Shown: positions 1 through 10,321, counted from the first letter of the stretch. The stretch is 64,000 bases of DNA from an uncultured bacterium (GCA_963716985.1 OY970323.1:416001-480000), one strand, 5' to 3'. The notes: generated by a model from the letters alone, not told the origin. Numbers and translations are program-made.

Positions 1-55
1 ATGCCGACCGTTGCCAAACTTATAATCCTAAATTTTAACTATGACAGAGCACTAG
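1..55. repeat. Right end of an IS/MITE, identical to 833-887; truncated by the window edge
   Basis: 1-55 is an exact direct repeat of 833-887 and ends in TGACAGAGCACTAG. Confidence 0.85.
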
Positions 56-315
56 TAGCTTGCTAAAAACAAAAATCAACTAAAACTTACAGGTAATCAA
101 GCAAACTTTCAACGACTTTAAAGGCCGGAAATGCATTGGTGCTAAACGCCCGATTATGAGCTTGGTCTGCATCATCACCGATAACATCATTGGTGAGATC
201 GTTTGTCGTAAGACCGACGATCATCCCGTTTTAGAAGAGTGCGCAGTATAGAGTGATGAGCAAGTTTAAAGAAAGTTTGTGTAACCATGGACAGGAGACC
301 CACATGTGAACTTAT

Positions 316-363
316 TTAGAAGCAGTTGCCAATACCACAACATTTTTCTAAAAGCTCTTGCAT
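316..363 (-). pseudogene. Possible 5' relic of an IS110-family transposase
   Basis: AGGAGG RBS followed by MQELLEKCCGI and an early stop; resembles the E-x-CCG-[LI]-D start of some IS110 transposases. Very short, so weak. Confidence 0.3.
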
Positions 364-462
364 AAATCCCTCCTGTTAAGATTGGAAGGAATATATTACT
401 ATTTGTTGATCTTGGATCCAAGAGGGCTTTTCATGGATTATTGTGAGGCGACGAAGACGCAC

Positions 463-726
463 TCATGGGCGTTTTAATAGAACAACTTTCATTCCCTGAC
501 ATTCGATAGCAACGCCTGGGTCCGTCTTAGTTTCTTCATAGAGCTCTTGAAAAGAGTCGCGTGTTATCTGAGATTTTTCAGGGAAGCGCTTATCCCAATA
601 CAGGAAAGAATTGTAATTTACCTGCTGCTCACGACACCAACGCGCCATGCTTAATCCGCTAATGCGTTGCGTCTGCACTTTTTCTTGCCAGATGCGTCTT
701 TTTTCTTCTGGGAACGGTCTTGGCAT
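463..726 (-). mobile_element. tnpA: IS66-family accessory protein TnpA (orphan; tnpB/tnpC absent or degenerate)
   Basis: MPRPFPEEKRRIWQ...SGLSMARWCREQQVNYNSFLYW is the typical HTH pattern; AGGAG RBS upstream of ATG 726. The ORF-track extension to 849 runs through the MITE. Confidence 0.75.
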
Positions 727-785
727 AACACTCCTTTGGTTAAGAAAAACCAGAGTGCCATGACGAAGGAAAACAAAAAAGATGG

Positions 786-887
786 CTAGTGCTCTGTCAC
801 CCTCTAATTTTAGGATAAATTGACTTGAGTTTATGCCGACCGTTGCCAAACTTATAATCCTAAATTTTAACTATGACAGAGCACTAG
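786..887. mobile_element. 102-bp MITE
   Basis: Perfect 14-bp inverted termini CTAGTGCTCTGTCA (786-799) / TGACAGAGCACTAG (874-887), further subterminal ATTTTAGGAT/ATCCTAAA inverted match, second copy at 1-55. Confidence 0.8.
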
Positions 888-888
888 A

Positions 889-1353
889 TTAGACGATTAC
901 TTTAATTCTTAACGGAAACCAATAGTTGGTATATTCCAAAAATATTCGCTGCACAGCACACTGTGTCTTTTTATCGATATTGCGCTTAGCCTCATCCCCC
1001 AACAGTTCGGAAAACACTTCAGGAAACGTTATATCTATAAATTGGTCCTGTGTTACCATGATCGCTAACGCAACGGCAGCTTCAGGGCGAAAAGCAAAAA
1101 AAGCACTATATTCTGGTTCATCTACTTTCGCTTTCAAGTCATTAGCCAGTTGAAGAAATTTTTTGTCATCTACTTTTGGCTCCAAGCCTTTAACCCGTTG
1201 TTGAAGATAGACTTTAGCCCGTTGAAGAAAGTCGTCAACGCGTTTAAGAATTTGTCTCGCCACGTTCAAAACAACATCACAATCAACCTCCAGTTTCTCA
1301 CGTTTAATGTATTCCGCAGCTTTATAACGAACTAAATCCAAAATTACTGACAC
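889..1353 (-). CDS. Hypothetical protein (154 aa)
   Basis: Open frame with GTG start and GAGGAG RBS, downstream of an AT-rich promoter-like region; no recognised motif. Confidence 0.65.
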   Translation of the reverse strand: MSVILDLVRYKAAEYIKREKLEVDCDVVLNVARQILKRVDDFLQRAKVYLQQRVKGLEPKVDDKKFLQLANDLKAKVDEPEYSAFFAFRPEAAVALAIMVTQDQFIDITFPEVFSELLGDEAKRNIDKKTQCAVQRIFLEYTNYWFPLRIKVIV

Positions 1354-1687
1354 AACAAAATCTCCTCGTTATTAATATATTATTATAACAAAAAACTATT
1401 TAATTAACAATAAACTATTAGTTTGTTTTTTAATATAAATAAACAATTTTGGTATACAAGTTTTTTATTATCAATATGATGCATTCTGGACAAATCCAGG
1501 CAACAGATCTAAATTGCTTATTTACATTCACTTATTAAGAAGTTTGTGTGTTGATTTTATGGCCAATATATTAAGATCCTAATCTTGTATTATTTCTGAA
1601 TATTAATAATTCAAGTTGTTGATGACGATTGATTTACGCAACAATTCTATCAACCGTCAGGTAAATGCCTGATCCTTTCCCACCTCT

Positions 1688-1848
1688 TGGAAACGATCAC
1701 GAAAGTGGACCCACCTTCGATCACATGAGTGATACCACTTGGAGATTCCATTTTTGGATCCCCCCCCCTCGATCACTTGAGTGATACCATTTGGAGATTT
1801 CATTTTCCGATCCCCGCCTTCGATCATGAAGGTGAGACCACCATAAAA
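1688..1848. repeat. IS21 terminal region (istB-proximal) with ~50-bp internal repeats
   Basis: Repeated GATCAC..GAGTGATACCA..TTGGAGAT units; inverted copy of 6454-6641. Confidence 0.85.
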
Positions 1849-2557
1849 TTGACAATGCTCTTAATTTATACCTAATTTTGGGTTATTTCTTAATCTATTT
1901 TCGCCACCTTTTTGGGTTTCACATAAGATCTTTTTTTGAACTCTTCTAAACGATAACTTTTCCCCTCAATCACGACCTGTATACCTTTGTGTACTAAACG
2001 GTCTAAAGATGCCATGGCTAGAATAGGATTTGGAAAACAGCTTCCCCATTCATTGAAGTCTCGATTACTTGTGATAATCAAAGAACTTTTTTCATATTTC
2101 TCGGAGATGATTTTGTAAAGCTCACTTTGCTCCGTTTCATTGAAGGATTCTAAGCAAAAATCATCTAAAATGATAAGGGGTGTCTTGATGATGTTTCCCA
2201 TTCTTTTTTGATAACTGCCATCCCCCTTTCCATATTGAAGCCAATCAAAAAGTTGTCTCATTCCAAAAAAAATCACTTCAAAACCACGTCGACAGGCTTC
2301 GTATCCAAGTGACTGAGCTAAATGGCTTTTCCCAACACCACTAGGACCTAAAATAAAGATGTTCTGCTTTTGCAAAACAAAGTCACATCCTCCTAACTCT
2401 TTTAAAAAAGCAGCCTGGATTTTTTCATTAAAGCTAAAGTCAAATGTTTCCAGTGTCTTGCTTGGATCTAGGTGACTCTTGGCCAAGCGTTTAATTAATT
2501 GGTTATTTAGCCTGTTATCTACCTCATCAGTTATCAACATGTCTAAAAATCCATAGT

Positions 2558-4502
2558 GTGCGCTGGGCAGCGTGTAAATCAGGGGGGTTAAAGTCCCTCT
2601 CAGCGAGAGACCACTCGCTGATATCTAAAAGTGGGATTAGGCGTCTCACTGGCTAGACATGGTCTAGAGGACAGGGTGTCCACTGTGAAGTGGGATCCGA
2701 AGGGTATGAGGAGAATCACCGGGTTGTAATCGATGGAGAAATCCAAGGATAAATCGGTCGGCCAAAGATAGGAAATGGTTGAGCGGGCACTATAACCGCG
2801 AAAGCATATGGCTCCAACCTATCGTACCAAGGTGTTTGCGAGCGACACGGTGAGGAAGATTTACATGTGACCCCAGGAGAACTTTCTGGATCTTCGGAAG
2901 AAACAACCGAAGTAAGTAACTCTATAAGCGAAAGTGAAATGAGAAACGATGTCCAGGAAGTAGTCGGAGGACGTTTTAGTATCTATCAAGCGTGGAGATA
3001 ATCCATGTGACCTGAAAAGGCAGGTGTTTGACCTGGAGAAGAAACGTCCATGAATGATGTCGAGTGAGAGAAAACGCAAACAGAAAAGAAAGTATTGCGA
3101 AGATGGAAAATTCCCTATGTGAAAAACCCGAACGTCGCGATGCAAGGAGACTGTCTGACCATCTTAAACTCGACGGTAAGAAGAAGGTTCACTCATTAGT
3201 GGACAAAGTTTACCAACGAACAAATCTCAAGATAGCATGGAAACGTGTCAAAGCCAATCGAGGAGCTGGCGGGATAGATGGCGTTACAGTCAAGGAGTTT
3301 GAAAAAGATTTAGAAGCCAACTTAGAGCGACTACATCAAGAACTTCAAGAAGGACGATATCAACCACAGCCGGTAAGGCGACTGGAGATTCCAAAAAGAG
3401 GCGATCCTGGAAAGACAAGGCCATTGGGAATACCTGCAATTTTCGACAGGGTATGTCAACAAGCGCTTGTCAATCGTATAGAACCCATCTTCGAAGAAGT
3501 ATTCGACGCAAGTAGCTTCGGATACCGAAAAGGAAGACAGACAAGGGATGCTCTAAAGAAAATTTGGCACGAAATCGAGGAAGGCAACGAGTGGATCGTA
3601 GATGCAGATCTAAAGGACTATTTTGGATCAGTTGATCACGAAAAGCTCCTGACACTCGTGGCTCAAAGAATATCAGACGGCAGAGTATTAAAGCTGATAC
3701 AGCAAATGCTTGAAGCTGGGTACGTTGAGCAAGGAAAGCTTTTCCCAACATCACGAGGTACGCCCCAGGGCGGGGTAATTTCACCCTGCCTTAGCAATGT
3801 GCTTCTCACTCCTTTCGATAAGGAAATGAGGCGCAAAGGATATCGACTCACAAGGTGGGCCGATGATTGGGTGGTGACTTGTCGAACAAAAGCAGAAGCA
3901 GAGCAGGCTTTAGCAACGGCTACCAAGATACTTCAGAAGCTAGGCGTGACCCTCAACGCGAAGAAAACTCGCATTGTGAATATCAAGCAAGGCTTTGAAT
4001 TTCTGGGTTTCAAGATCAAGCAAGGAAAGGGAGTCTTGCGACTTCCTGCAAGCAAGATCAAGGCTAAACTAAATAAGCGCAACTTACTTGCGATTCCGAA
4101 AGACAAAACGGTAGCTCGCTTCAAAGATGCTGTTCGACAGAAAACGCGAAGGAAATCCCCGCTTACGACAGAGGAAATAGTCAAAGAACTCAATCCACTG
4201 ATTCGAGGCTGGGGAAATTATTACAAGCGGTCGCATGTTCGGGGATTGTTCAATCAGTTGGATGCATGGATCATTCGAAGGCTCTGGTCGCAACGAAACA
4301 AAAAGTGGCGAACAAATGGTTGGAGAACGCTCTCTACGCAACATCTGCGAGAAAATCTGAAATTGGTAAGTTTGGTCTGGCTAATACCCTCTCTTCAAGC
4401 GGCGAAAGCACGTTCATGAAAGCTGTATGCGGGAAAACTGCACGTACAGTTTGAGCGGCGGACGGAGGCAAGCTCTTAAATGAGCGTCTCCTCCGACCCA
4501 AC
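2558..4502 (+). ncRNA. Group II intron (1945 nt)
   Basis: 5' GTGCG at 2558; domain V AAAGCTGTATGCGGGAAAACTGCACGTACAGTTT (~4419-4452); domain VI ending CCGACCCAAC at 4502; internal RT ORF; excision restores istB exactly. Confidence 0.93.
3064..4419 (+). CDS. ltrA: Group II intron reverse transcriptase/maturase, no endonuclease domain
   Basis: GAGGIDG, RPLGIP..DRVCQQA, SFGYR, GTPQGG, RWADD, FLGF, and domain X LNPLIRGWGNYY; ends just before domain V. Confidence 0.95.
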   Translation: MRENANRKESIAKMENSLCEKPERRDARRLSDHLKLDGKKKVHSLVDKVYQRTNLKIAWKRVKANRGAGGIDGVTVKEFEKDLEANLERLHQELQEGRYQPQPVRRLEIPKRGDPGKTRPLGIPAIFDRVCQQALVNRIEPIFEEVFDASSFGYRKGRQTRDALKKIWHEIEEGNEWIVDADLKDYFGSVDHEKLLTLVAQRISDGRVLKLIQQMLEAGYVEQGKLFPTSRGTPQGGVISPCLSNVLLTPFDKEMRRKGYRLTRWADDWVVTCRTKAEAEQALATATKILQKLGVTLNAKKTRIVNIKQGFEFLGFKIKQGKGVLRLPASKIKAKLNKRNLLAIPKDKTVARFKDAVRQKTRRKSPLTTEEIVKELNPLIRGWGNYYKRSHVRGLFNQLDAWIIRRLWSQRNKKWRTNGWRTLSTQHLRENLKLVSLVWLIPSLQAAKARS

Positions 4503-4677
4503 AGGACCATTTCTGAGATCCTGCTTGCCTTAATTTTTCCTCAAGTGCCACTGCGACTCCTGATAATTTTAATTTCTTGAGTTTCTGTTGTATAAGTTGT
4601 AGATCTTCCATAAATCTCCTTGGGTTTTACGGCAGCTCTTGCTTTATCCTTCCTCATCCTGTAAGGTAAAAAAAGGG

Positions 4678-4720
4678 AAAAAAAAGAAGCCGGCCGTGTT
4701 TTTTTAATCGCGGCCAGCTT
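4678..4720 (-). terminator. Terminator-like hairpin between istA and istB
   Basis: Minus strand AAGCTGGCCGCG...CACGGCCGGCTT followed by CTTTTTTTT; overlaps the istA stop codon. Confidence 0.5.
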
Positions 4721-6386
4721 TTTCTATTTCTTGACAAAGCTGATCCATCTGTATCATTTGCGAACATGTTTTTGCCATCCCATTTCCATGAGATGAAAAT
4801 GGATGTTTTTTCTTTAAAATTTCTTCAAAAGTATTTTTCTCGAGATTATTCCCATATTCGTTAAAGCCTCTGAAGAAACGATAGTTTTTTATTTCTAAAA
4901 TCTTTCCCTTTTCTTCCATGATTTTGTCTTCTAAATTCTCTCTCAAAATGCGAGAAATGCTGACATAAGAAAAAGTCTTGTAATAGCAGGCTCGCTGACA
5001 TGCTTTTTCCAAGCGATCTTCCGAGTATTTCAAGCTCAACCTCAAAATATAACGAATGGGTTTCAACTTATTGATCTTTTTGTCTTCCAAAAGTGTTTGC
5101 ACAACTTTTTTTGTAAAAGGTCCTATTTCTTCTGCCATGCAAAGCAATCCTTGTCGAGAACATTGCAAAACAGTTTCCTTATCCGGAGGGGCATGCTCTT
5201 TCTTGCGAACATACTCCCACTTCTTCGAGGCTTTTTGGTGAAGAGCTATTTCTTGATGTGAGTAAAATATTTTCACAAAAGATTCAGTAGCGCAAACAAG
5301 GACTTTTTTTCCTATATATTCATAGGGAACAGAATAGTAAGCACTTTGGAAGCTAATCCTCCATTCTTTGTGAACAGTGCATTCTGCCCATGTTGTTTGC
5401 TCCCATCTTAAAAGAGGTAATGGCTTTAGAAGTTTTTGTTCCTCCTGAAAGAGCTCTCTTGGAGATCTTCCAACTTTTTGTATTATGTGAATATCGGCAA
5501 CTTCATCTCCCCATTTCTCTAGAGCCTTTTCCAAGTCAGCTATGGTAAGTTCTTGTCCTTTCTCTTTCTGACTTGCTTTGAAAAATGGAAGAAAATTGTT
5601 CTTCACATACTTCATGTCCGACTCGACTCCTCCCTTATGTTCCGGAGTGTAGGGAAGGCAGGGGTCAATGATAAATTGGTAATGGCGTGCCAAATCCTGA
5701 TAGGATGTCTGAATTTTTTCATTATCAATGGTGCTTTTAATAACTCCAGCTTTGAGGTTATCCAGGCATACCTGCACAGGAACTCCACGAAAAAATTCAA
5801 ATGCCAGAATGTGGCACAAGAAAAAAACATCCATTTTTTGATGAAACACAATTTTTCTAAAAGCTCTTCTGGAATAGCGAAGTCTTCCTGAAAAAATCCA
5901 AGTTTTTCTTAAAATCCGCCCTTCATCTAAAAAAAATCCCAAAAAGCCAAAATCTACTTCCATGACTTCTCCCGGAACAGCGGTTCGAATCATCACCGGA
6001 TCAGGAATGTTGGGGAAATTTTTTCTGATATATCTTCTTATTGCTTGAACGTCACAAGAACACTCTTTTTTAAGGAGGTCACAAATGACTACCGCAGAAA
6101 GCCCCTCTTTCTCCCATTCTTTGATTTTGTCATGATAAGGTTTAAGCACATGAGGTTTTCCAATTTCCGGAAAAGCTTGTTGAGTTTTGCTTATTAGCTC
6201 CTGCATGTTGGGTAATGACGTATCTGGATCTAACCAATGATGTTTTTTGGCTAGAACAGATACTTCTCGAACAGTCTTTCTTCGAACATGCATTTCTTTG
6301 CTGATTTTTCGGAAAGATTGTTGCTGTTTTAACCTGACAAGAATTTGTAATCCTTTTTCCACCATATAAATTATTTTGCTCCTCAT
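4704..6386 (-). CDS. istA: IS21-family DDE transposase IstA
   Basis: PGEVMEVDFG, AFEFFRGVP..VCLDNLKAGV, PEHKGGVES, YYSVPY motifs. Confidence 0.95.
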   Translation of the reverse strand: MRSKIIYMVEKGLQILVRLKQQQSFRKISKEMHVRRKTVREVSVLAKKHHWLDPDTSLPNMQELISKTQQAFPEIGKPHVLKPYHDKIKEWEKEGLSAVVICDLLKKECSCDVQAIRRYIRKNFPNIPDPVMIRTAVPGEVMEVDFGFLGFFLDEGRILRKTWIFSGRLRYSRRAFRKIVFHQKMDVFFLCHILAFEFFRGVPVQVCLDNLKAGVIKSTIDNEKIQTSYQDLARHYQFIIDPCLPYTPEHKGGVESDMKYVKNNFLPFFKASQKEKGQELTIADLEKALEKWGDEVADIHIIQKVGRSPRELFQEEQKLLKPLPLLRWEQTTWAECTVHKEWRISFQSAYYSVPYEYIGKKVLVCATESFVKIFYSHQEIALHQKASKKWEYVRKKEHAPPDKETVLQCSRQGLLCMAEEIGPFTKKVVQTLLEDKKINKLKPIRYILRLSLKYSEDRLEKACQRACYYKTFSYVSISRILRENLEDKIMEEKGKILEIKNYRFFRGFNEYGNNLEKNTFEEILKKKHPFSSHGNGMAKTCSQMIQMDQLCQEIEKAGRD

Positions 6387-6453
6387 AAAGCTGCTCCTTG
6401 ATTAGCTTTTTGGTCATAAACGCAAGCTATCAAGAAAATTTTTGATTTAAATC

Positions 6454-6641
6454 TTTTATGGTGGGCTCACCTTCGTGATCGAAGGCGGGGATCGGAAAAT
6501 GAAATCTCCAAATGGTATCACTCAAGTGATCGAAAAGGGGGGATCCAAAAATGAAATCTCCAAGTGGTATCACTTGTGTGATCGTACCCCCTGGTTCCCA
6601 AAACTGATCTCCAAGTGGAGTCACTTTGGTGATCGTTCACA
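6454..6641. repeat. IS21 terminal region (istA-proximal) with ~50-bp internal repeats
   Basis: Three ATCTCCAA.TGG..TCACT...GTGATCG units; inverted relative to 1688-1848. Confidence 0.85.
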
Positions 6642-6908
6642 CCTCTTTCGCAGATCATTAATAACCAATGTGTTGCATTTTGCTGAGTAAGCTTTCAACC
6701 ATTTAATGTTGAGACACTTAACAAAGATATGGGTAACGATCAGGGCAAATGCTTTCTGGATTTTTCGCTAATAATGTAAATTAAAAATTTTATTTAATAA
6801 ATGTCTTGCTTTGTTAAATTATTAAATTGATTTTTATCTTAAAATTTTTTATAATTATAAAAACAAAAATAGAATAATTATATACATAAAAAATAAAAAA
6901 AGGAGAAG

Positions 6909-7859
6909 ATGATGACAACAAGTCAAATCACCACCTCGACTCTCTGCACTATATGTCGAGACACGCTCTCAGGCAATGAGAGCCAAGAAGTAACCCTTCA
7001 TTCACCAGACCATGCTGGACAAGAACCGCATCGATTTCATCGAGAGTGCATTACGCCCTGGGTCGCTGAACATCCTAGATGTCCACTTTGTAATCAAGAA
7101 GTGACTAAGGAAGTTCGAGGCGTGTTGTTCCAACCTCAACTAGTTACTGCAGCTGAACATGGCGCTTTGCTTGATGTCAATCGACTCCTTGCAGCTGCAA
7201 CCTTTTCTGATAAAGCTCGAGGGGAGGCGCTCAGGAAAGCAACTTTAAACGGACGCGCAACTATCGTCAATCGACTGCTTGCAGCCGGTGGCTCCATTTC
7301 TGCAGAAGATCGAGGCCTTGCAGTGCAAGGAGCAGCTTTCTATGGACGTCCTGATATCGTCATTCAACTACTTCATAGTGGTCCCATATCTGAAGAAGCG
7401 CGAGGCATTACTTTGCAAGGTGTAGCTTTCCATGGCTGTGAAGATATTGTCACCGAACTGCTTCAAAGTGCCCTCTTTTTTGATGCAGAAAGATTCCTAC
7501 ATCATCTAGGCAATGCTGTAGCAAATGCAGCTTCAAGTGGACATCTACCTGTTGTTAAACAACTACTTGCTGTCGGCCGCATTTCTGATGTAGATCGAGG
7601 CTCTGCTGTGATATGTGCAGCTTCAAATGGACATCTAGAGATCGTCCAACTACTGCTTGATAATGGCACTATTTCTAACGAAACACTAGATGATGCTGTG
7701 AAACGTGCAGCGTCAAAAGGACATCTACTTATCGTTAAGCAGCTGGCCGGTCGTGGCCCTATTTCTGAAACAGCTCGTCGTCAAGCCATCCGGAACGCTA
7801 ATGATCAGGGTCATACGGAAATCGCGGAGTTTCTGGATCAGAGTAGAAGCAAGCCCTGA
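6909..7859 (+). CDS. RING-H2-like zinc finger plus ankyrin-repeat protein (candidate E3-ligase effector)
   Basis: CTIC...HRFHRECITPW......CPLC at aa 13-61, then repeats like AASNGHLEIVQLLL; AGGAG RBS. Confidence 0.85.
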   Translation: MMTTSQITTSTLCTICRDTLSGNESQEVTLHSPDHAGQEPHRFHRECITPWVAEHPRCPLCNQEVTKEVRGVLFQPQLVTAAEHGALLDVNRLLAAATFSDKARGEALRKATLNGRATIVNRLLAAGGSISAEDRGLAVQGAAFYGRPDIVIQLLHSGPISEEARGITLQGVAFHGCEDIVTELLQSALFFDAERFLHHLGNAVANAASSGHLPVVKQLLAVGRISDVDRGSAVICAASNGHLEIVQLLLDNGTISNETLDDAVKRAASKGHLLIVKQLAGRGPISETARRQAIRNANDQGHTEIAEFLDQSRSKP

Positions 7860-7905
7860 CGTAGGATAGTGATCGCTATTTGGTCTATTGTGGGCCGCGA
7901 AGGAT

Positions 7906-8223
7906 TTATGCTTTGATCTTAATGTCAACGCCAGCCGCAACGGGCAGTACTTTGAGTTTATCGATTGTGTCGACGGTAGGATTCAAAATATCAAGAAGGC
8001 GGATATGGGTGCGGATTTCGAACTGTTCGCGGGATTTGCGGTCGATGTTGGGGGAGCGAAGGACCGTGTAAATTTCACGGCGTGTGGGAAGAGGAATAGG
8101 TCCGACCACTCGAGCGCCGGTGCGTTTGGCCGTTTCTACAATATCGGCCGTCGATCGGTCCAATTGTCTTGGATCGTACGCTTTGAGTCGGATTCTGATT
8201 TTTTGTCTGGGCTGCTTGGTCAT
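7906..8223 (-). CDS. rpsJ: 30S ribosomal protein S10
   Basis: [11 protein letters not shown]...GPIPLPT...[10 protein letters not shown]; start placed at ATG 8223. Confidence 0.98.
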   Translation of the reverse strand: MTKQPRQKIRIRLKAYDPRQLDRSTADIVETAKRTGARVVGPIPLPTRREIYTVLRSPNIDRKSREQFEIRTHIRLLDILNPTVDTIDKLKVLPVAAGVDIKIKA

Positions 8224-8230
8224 ATTTCCT

Positions 8231-10321
8231 CTATTTCTTGATGATTTCTTCTTGGATTTTTGTAGGTACTTTTTCGAAATGCGATGGTTCCATAGTATAG
8301 CTGGCTCTTCCTTTTGTCTGTGAGCGAAGAGATGTGGAGTAGCCGAACATTTCACTCAAAGGAACCTCTGCAGTGACGACTGCAATTCCCTTTGTGCTTT
8401 CCTGCCCTAAAATTTTTCCCCTTCTTCGGTTCAAATCACCAATCACATCGCCCATATAATCCTCGGGGGTTGTGACATCGACCTTCATGATGGGCTCAAG
8501 AATGATGGGCTTGCATTTACGGGCCGCTTCTTTGATCGCCATGGATCCGCAAATTTTGAAGGCAAGCTCACTTGAGTCCACTTCGTGGTAGGAGCCATAA
8601 ACAATCGCAACTTTCACGTCGACAAGGCTATAGCCTGCCAAGACGCCTGTTGCCAAACCATCTTCCACGCCATCGATGACCGCAGGAATATATTCTCTTG
8701 GAATGACGCCGCCGACGATTTTGCTGACAACTTCATTGCCTTTTCCCGGTTCGTTGGGTTCAATTTCCAATACCACGTGCGCATACTGTCCGCGGCCGCC
8801 GCTCTGCTTGACGAATTTGGTATCTTGCTTGCCCGGTACGGTAATGGTCTCTTTGTAGGCAACCTGTGGCTTGCCGACATTCGCATCGACTGAAAATTCG
8901 CGGAACATGCGGTCTTTAATGATGTCGAGATGCAGCTCTCCCATTCCGGAGATGATCGTTTGTCCTGTTTCGGGATCGCTTTTTACGCGGAATGTAGGGT
9001 CTTCTTCGGAAAGAGCGGAAAGTGCAATCGAGAGCTTTTCTCTTTCCGCTTTTGTTTTAGGTTCGATCGCCATCGAAATGACGGGCTCGGGGAATTCCAT
9101 TTTCTCGAGAAGAACAGGGAAATCTTCGGAGCAAAGAGTATCTCCGGTCGATGCAAATTTGAGTCCGATACAGCCTGCGATATCTCCGGTGAAGAACTCA
9201 TCGCGGTCTTTGCGCTGGTTGGCATGCATTTCGAGGAGGCGGGAAAGGCGCTCTTTTTTCCCTTTTGTTGTATTGATGACCGTATCTCCCTTGCGCAGAA
9301 CGCCGCTATAGACGCGAACGAATGTCAGCCTTCCTACATAAGGATCCGACCAGATCTTAAAGACAAGAGCGCTAAGCGGGCTCTCGTCCGAGGGGGTGAT
9401 CTCCATCGGTTCGTGCGAAGTGGGATTCTGTCCCTTGATGATTCCTCGGTCGAGAGGGGAGGGCATCCATTGCACGACCGCGTCCAGAATCTGCTGCACC
9501 CCTTTGTTTTTAAAGGCGCTTCCGCAAAGAACCGGATAAAGTTTGTTTTCGCATACGCCCTTGCGGATGGCTCGATGAATCTCCCCTTCGGTAAGAGATG
9601 CGGGATTCTCGAGAACCTTTGTCATGAAGGATTCGTTGGTTTCATCGATCGTGGCCAATTCTTCGAGGAGTTGAGCTCTCATTTTTTTGCACTGATCGGC
9701 CAGATGAGCGGGGATGGGCTCTACGACGTATTCTGAGCCAAGTGTTTCATCTTTAAAAACATAGGCGTTCATGGTGATGAGGTCCACCATTCCCAGGAAT
9801 TCGCTTTCTGCGCCGATCGGGCAATGGACGGCAATCGCGTTGGCGCCCAGCTTTTCTCTCATGGACTTGACGGCTGAGAAAAAGTCGGCTCCGGTGCGGT
9901 CCATTTTATTGACGAATGCAATCCGAGGAACGCCATAATGCGTGGCTTGCCTCCAAACGGTTTCCGATTGCGGCTGCACACCGGCAACGCCGCAAAAAAC
10001 CGCAACTGCGCCGTCGAGAACGCGAAGGGAGCGTTCCACTTCGATCGTAAAATCCACGTGGCCCGGAGTATCGATGATGTTGATCTTGCTCTGCTTCCAA
10101 TAGACGGTTGTGGCCGCGGATGTGATTGTGATGCCGCGCTCTCTTTCCTGTTCCATGAAGTCCATGGTGGTAGTGCCCTCATGTACCTCTCCCAGGCGAT
10201 GAAGACGGCCCGAATAATAGAGAATGCGCTCCGTAACGGTCGTTTTACCGGCGTCAATATGTGCCATGATGCCAATGTTGCGGACATGGCTTAATTCATC
10301 AGTTTCGGGTCGTTTGCTCAT
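8231..10321 (-). CDS. fusA: Elongation factor G
   Basis: [40 protein letters not shown]. Confidence 0.99.
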   Translation of the reverse strand: MSKRPETDELSHVRNIGIMAHIDAGKTTVTERILYYSGRLHRLGEVHEGTTTMDFMEQERERGITITSAATTVYWKQSKINIIDTPGHVDFTIEVERSLRVLDGAVAVFCGVAGVQPQSETVWRQATHYGVPRIAFVNKMDRTGADFFSAVKSMREKLGANAIAVHCPIGAESEFLGMVDLITMNAYVFKDETLGSEYVVEPIPAHLADQCKKMRAQLLEELATIDETNESFMTKVLENPASLTEGEIHRAIRKGVCENKLYPVLCGSAFKNKGVQQILDAVVQWMPSPLDRGIIKGQNPTSHEPMEITPSDESPLSALVFKIWSDPYVGRLTFVRVYSGVLRKGDTVINTTKGKKERLSRLLEMHANQRKDRDEFFTGDIAGCIGLKFASTGDTLCSEDFPVLLEKMEFPEPVISMAIEPKTKAEREKLSIALSALSEEDPTFRVKSDPETGQTIISGMGELHLDIIKDRMFREFSVDANVGKPQVAYKETITVPGKQDTKFVKQSGGRGQYAHVVLEIEPNEPGKGNEVVSKIVGGVIPREYIPAVIDGVEDGLATGVLAGYSLVDVKVAIVYGSYHEVDSSELAFKICGSMAIKEAARKCKPIILEPIMKVDVTTPEDYMGDVIGDLNRRRGKILGQESTKGIAVVTAEVPLSEMFGYSTSLRSQTKGRASYTMEPSHFEKVPTKIQEEIIKK

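Larger units (their letters stand above)
1890..4611 (-). pseudogene. istB: IS21 helper ATPase IstB interrupted by a group II intron (exon pieces 4611-4503 and 2557-1890)
   Basis: Removing 2558-4502 restores the frame ...QKWS-YYGFLDMLITDEVDNR... (258 aa); Walker A GPSGVGKS, LIILDD, TSN and LDRL motifs. Confidence 0.92.
1688..6641 (-). mobile_element. IS21-family insertion sequence (about 3.0 kb without the intron)
   Basis: TG...CA termini (TGGAAACGATCAC / GTGATCGTTCACA), 5-bp target duplication CCTCT at 1683-1687 and 6642-6646, istA plus istB, repeated transposase-binding-like units at both ends. Confidence 0.92.

Noticed and set aside
1688..1848. Short repeats with spacer-like gaps resembling a CRISPR array (also 6454-6641)
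   Set aside because: The intervening sequences are similar to each other, the two clusters are inverted copies at IS21 ends, and no cas genes are present.
3064..4419. RT as retron, DGR or defence-associated RT
   Set aside because: It has maturase domain X and lies inside a complete group II intron with 5' GTGCG and domains V/VI.
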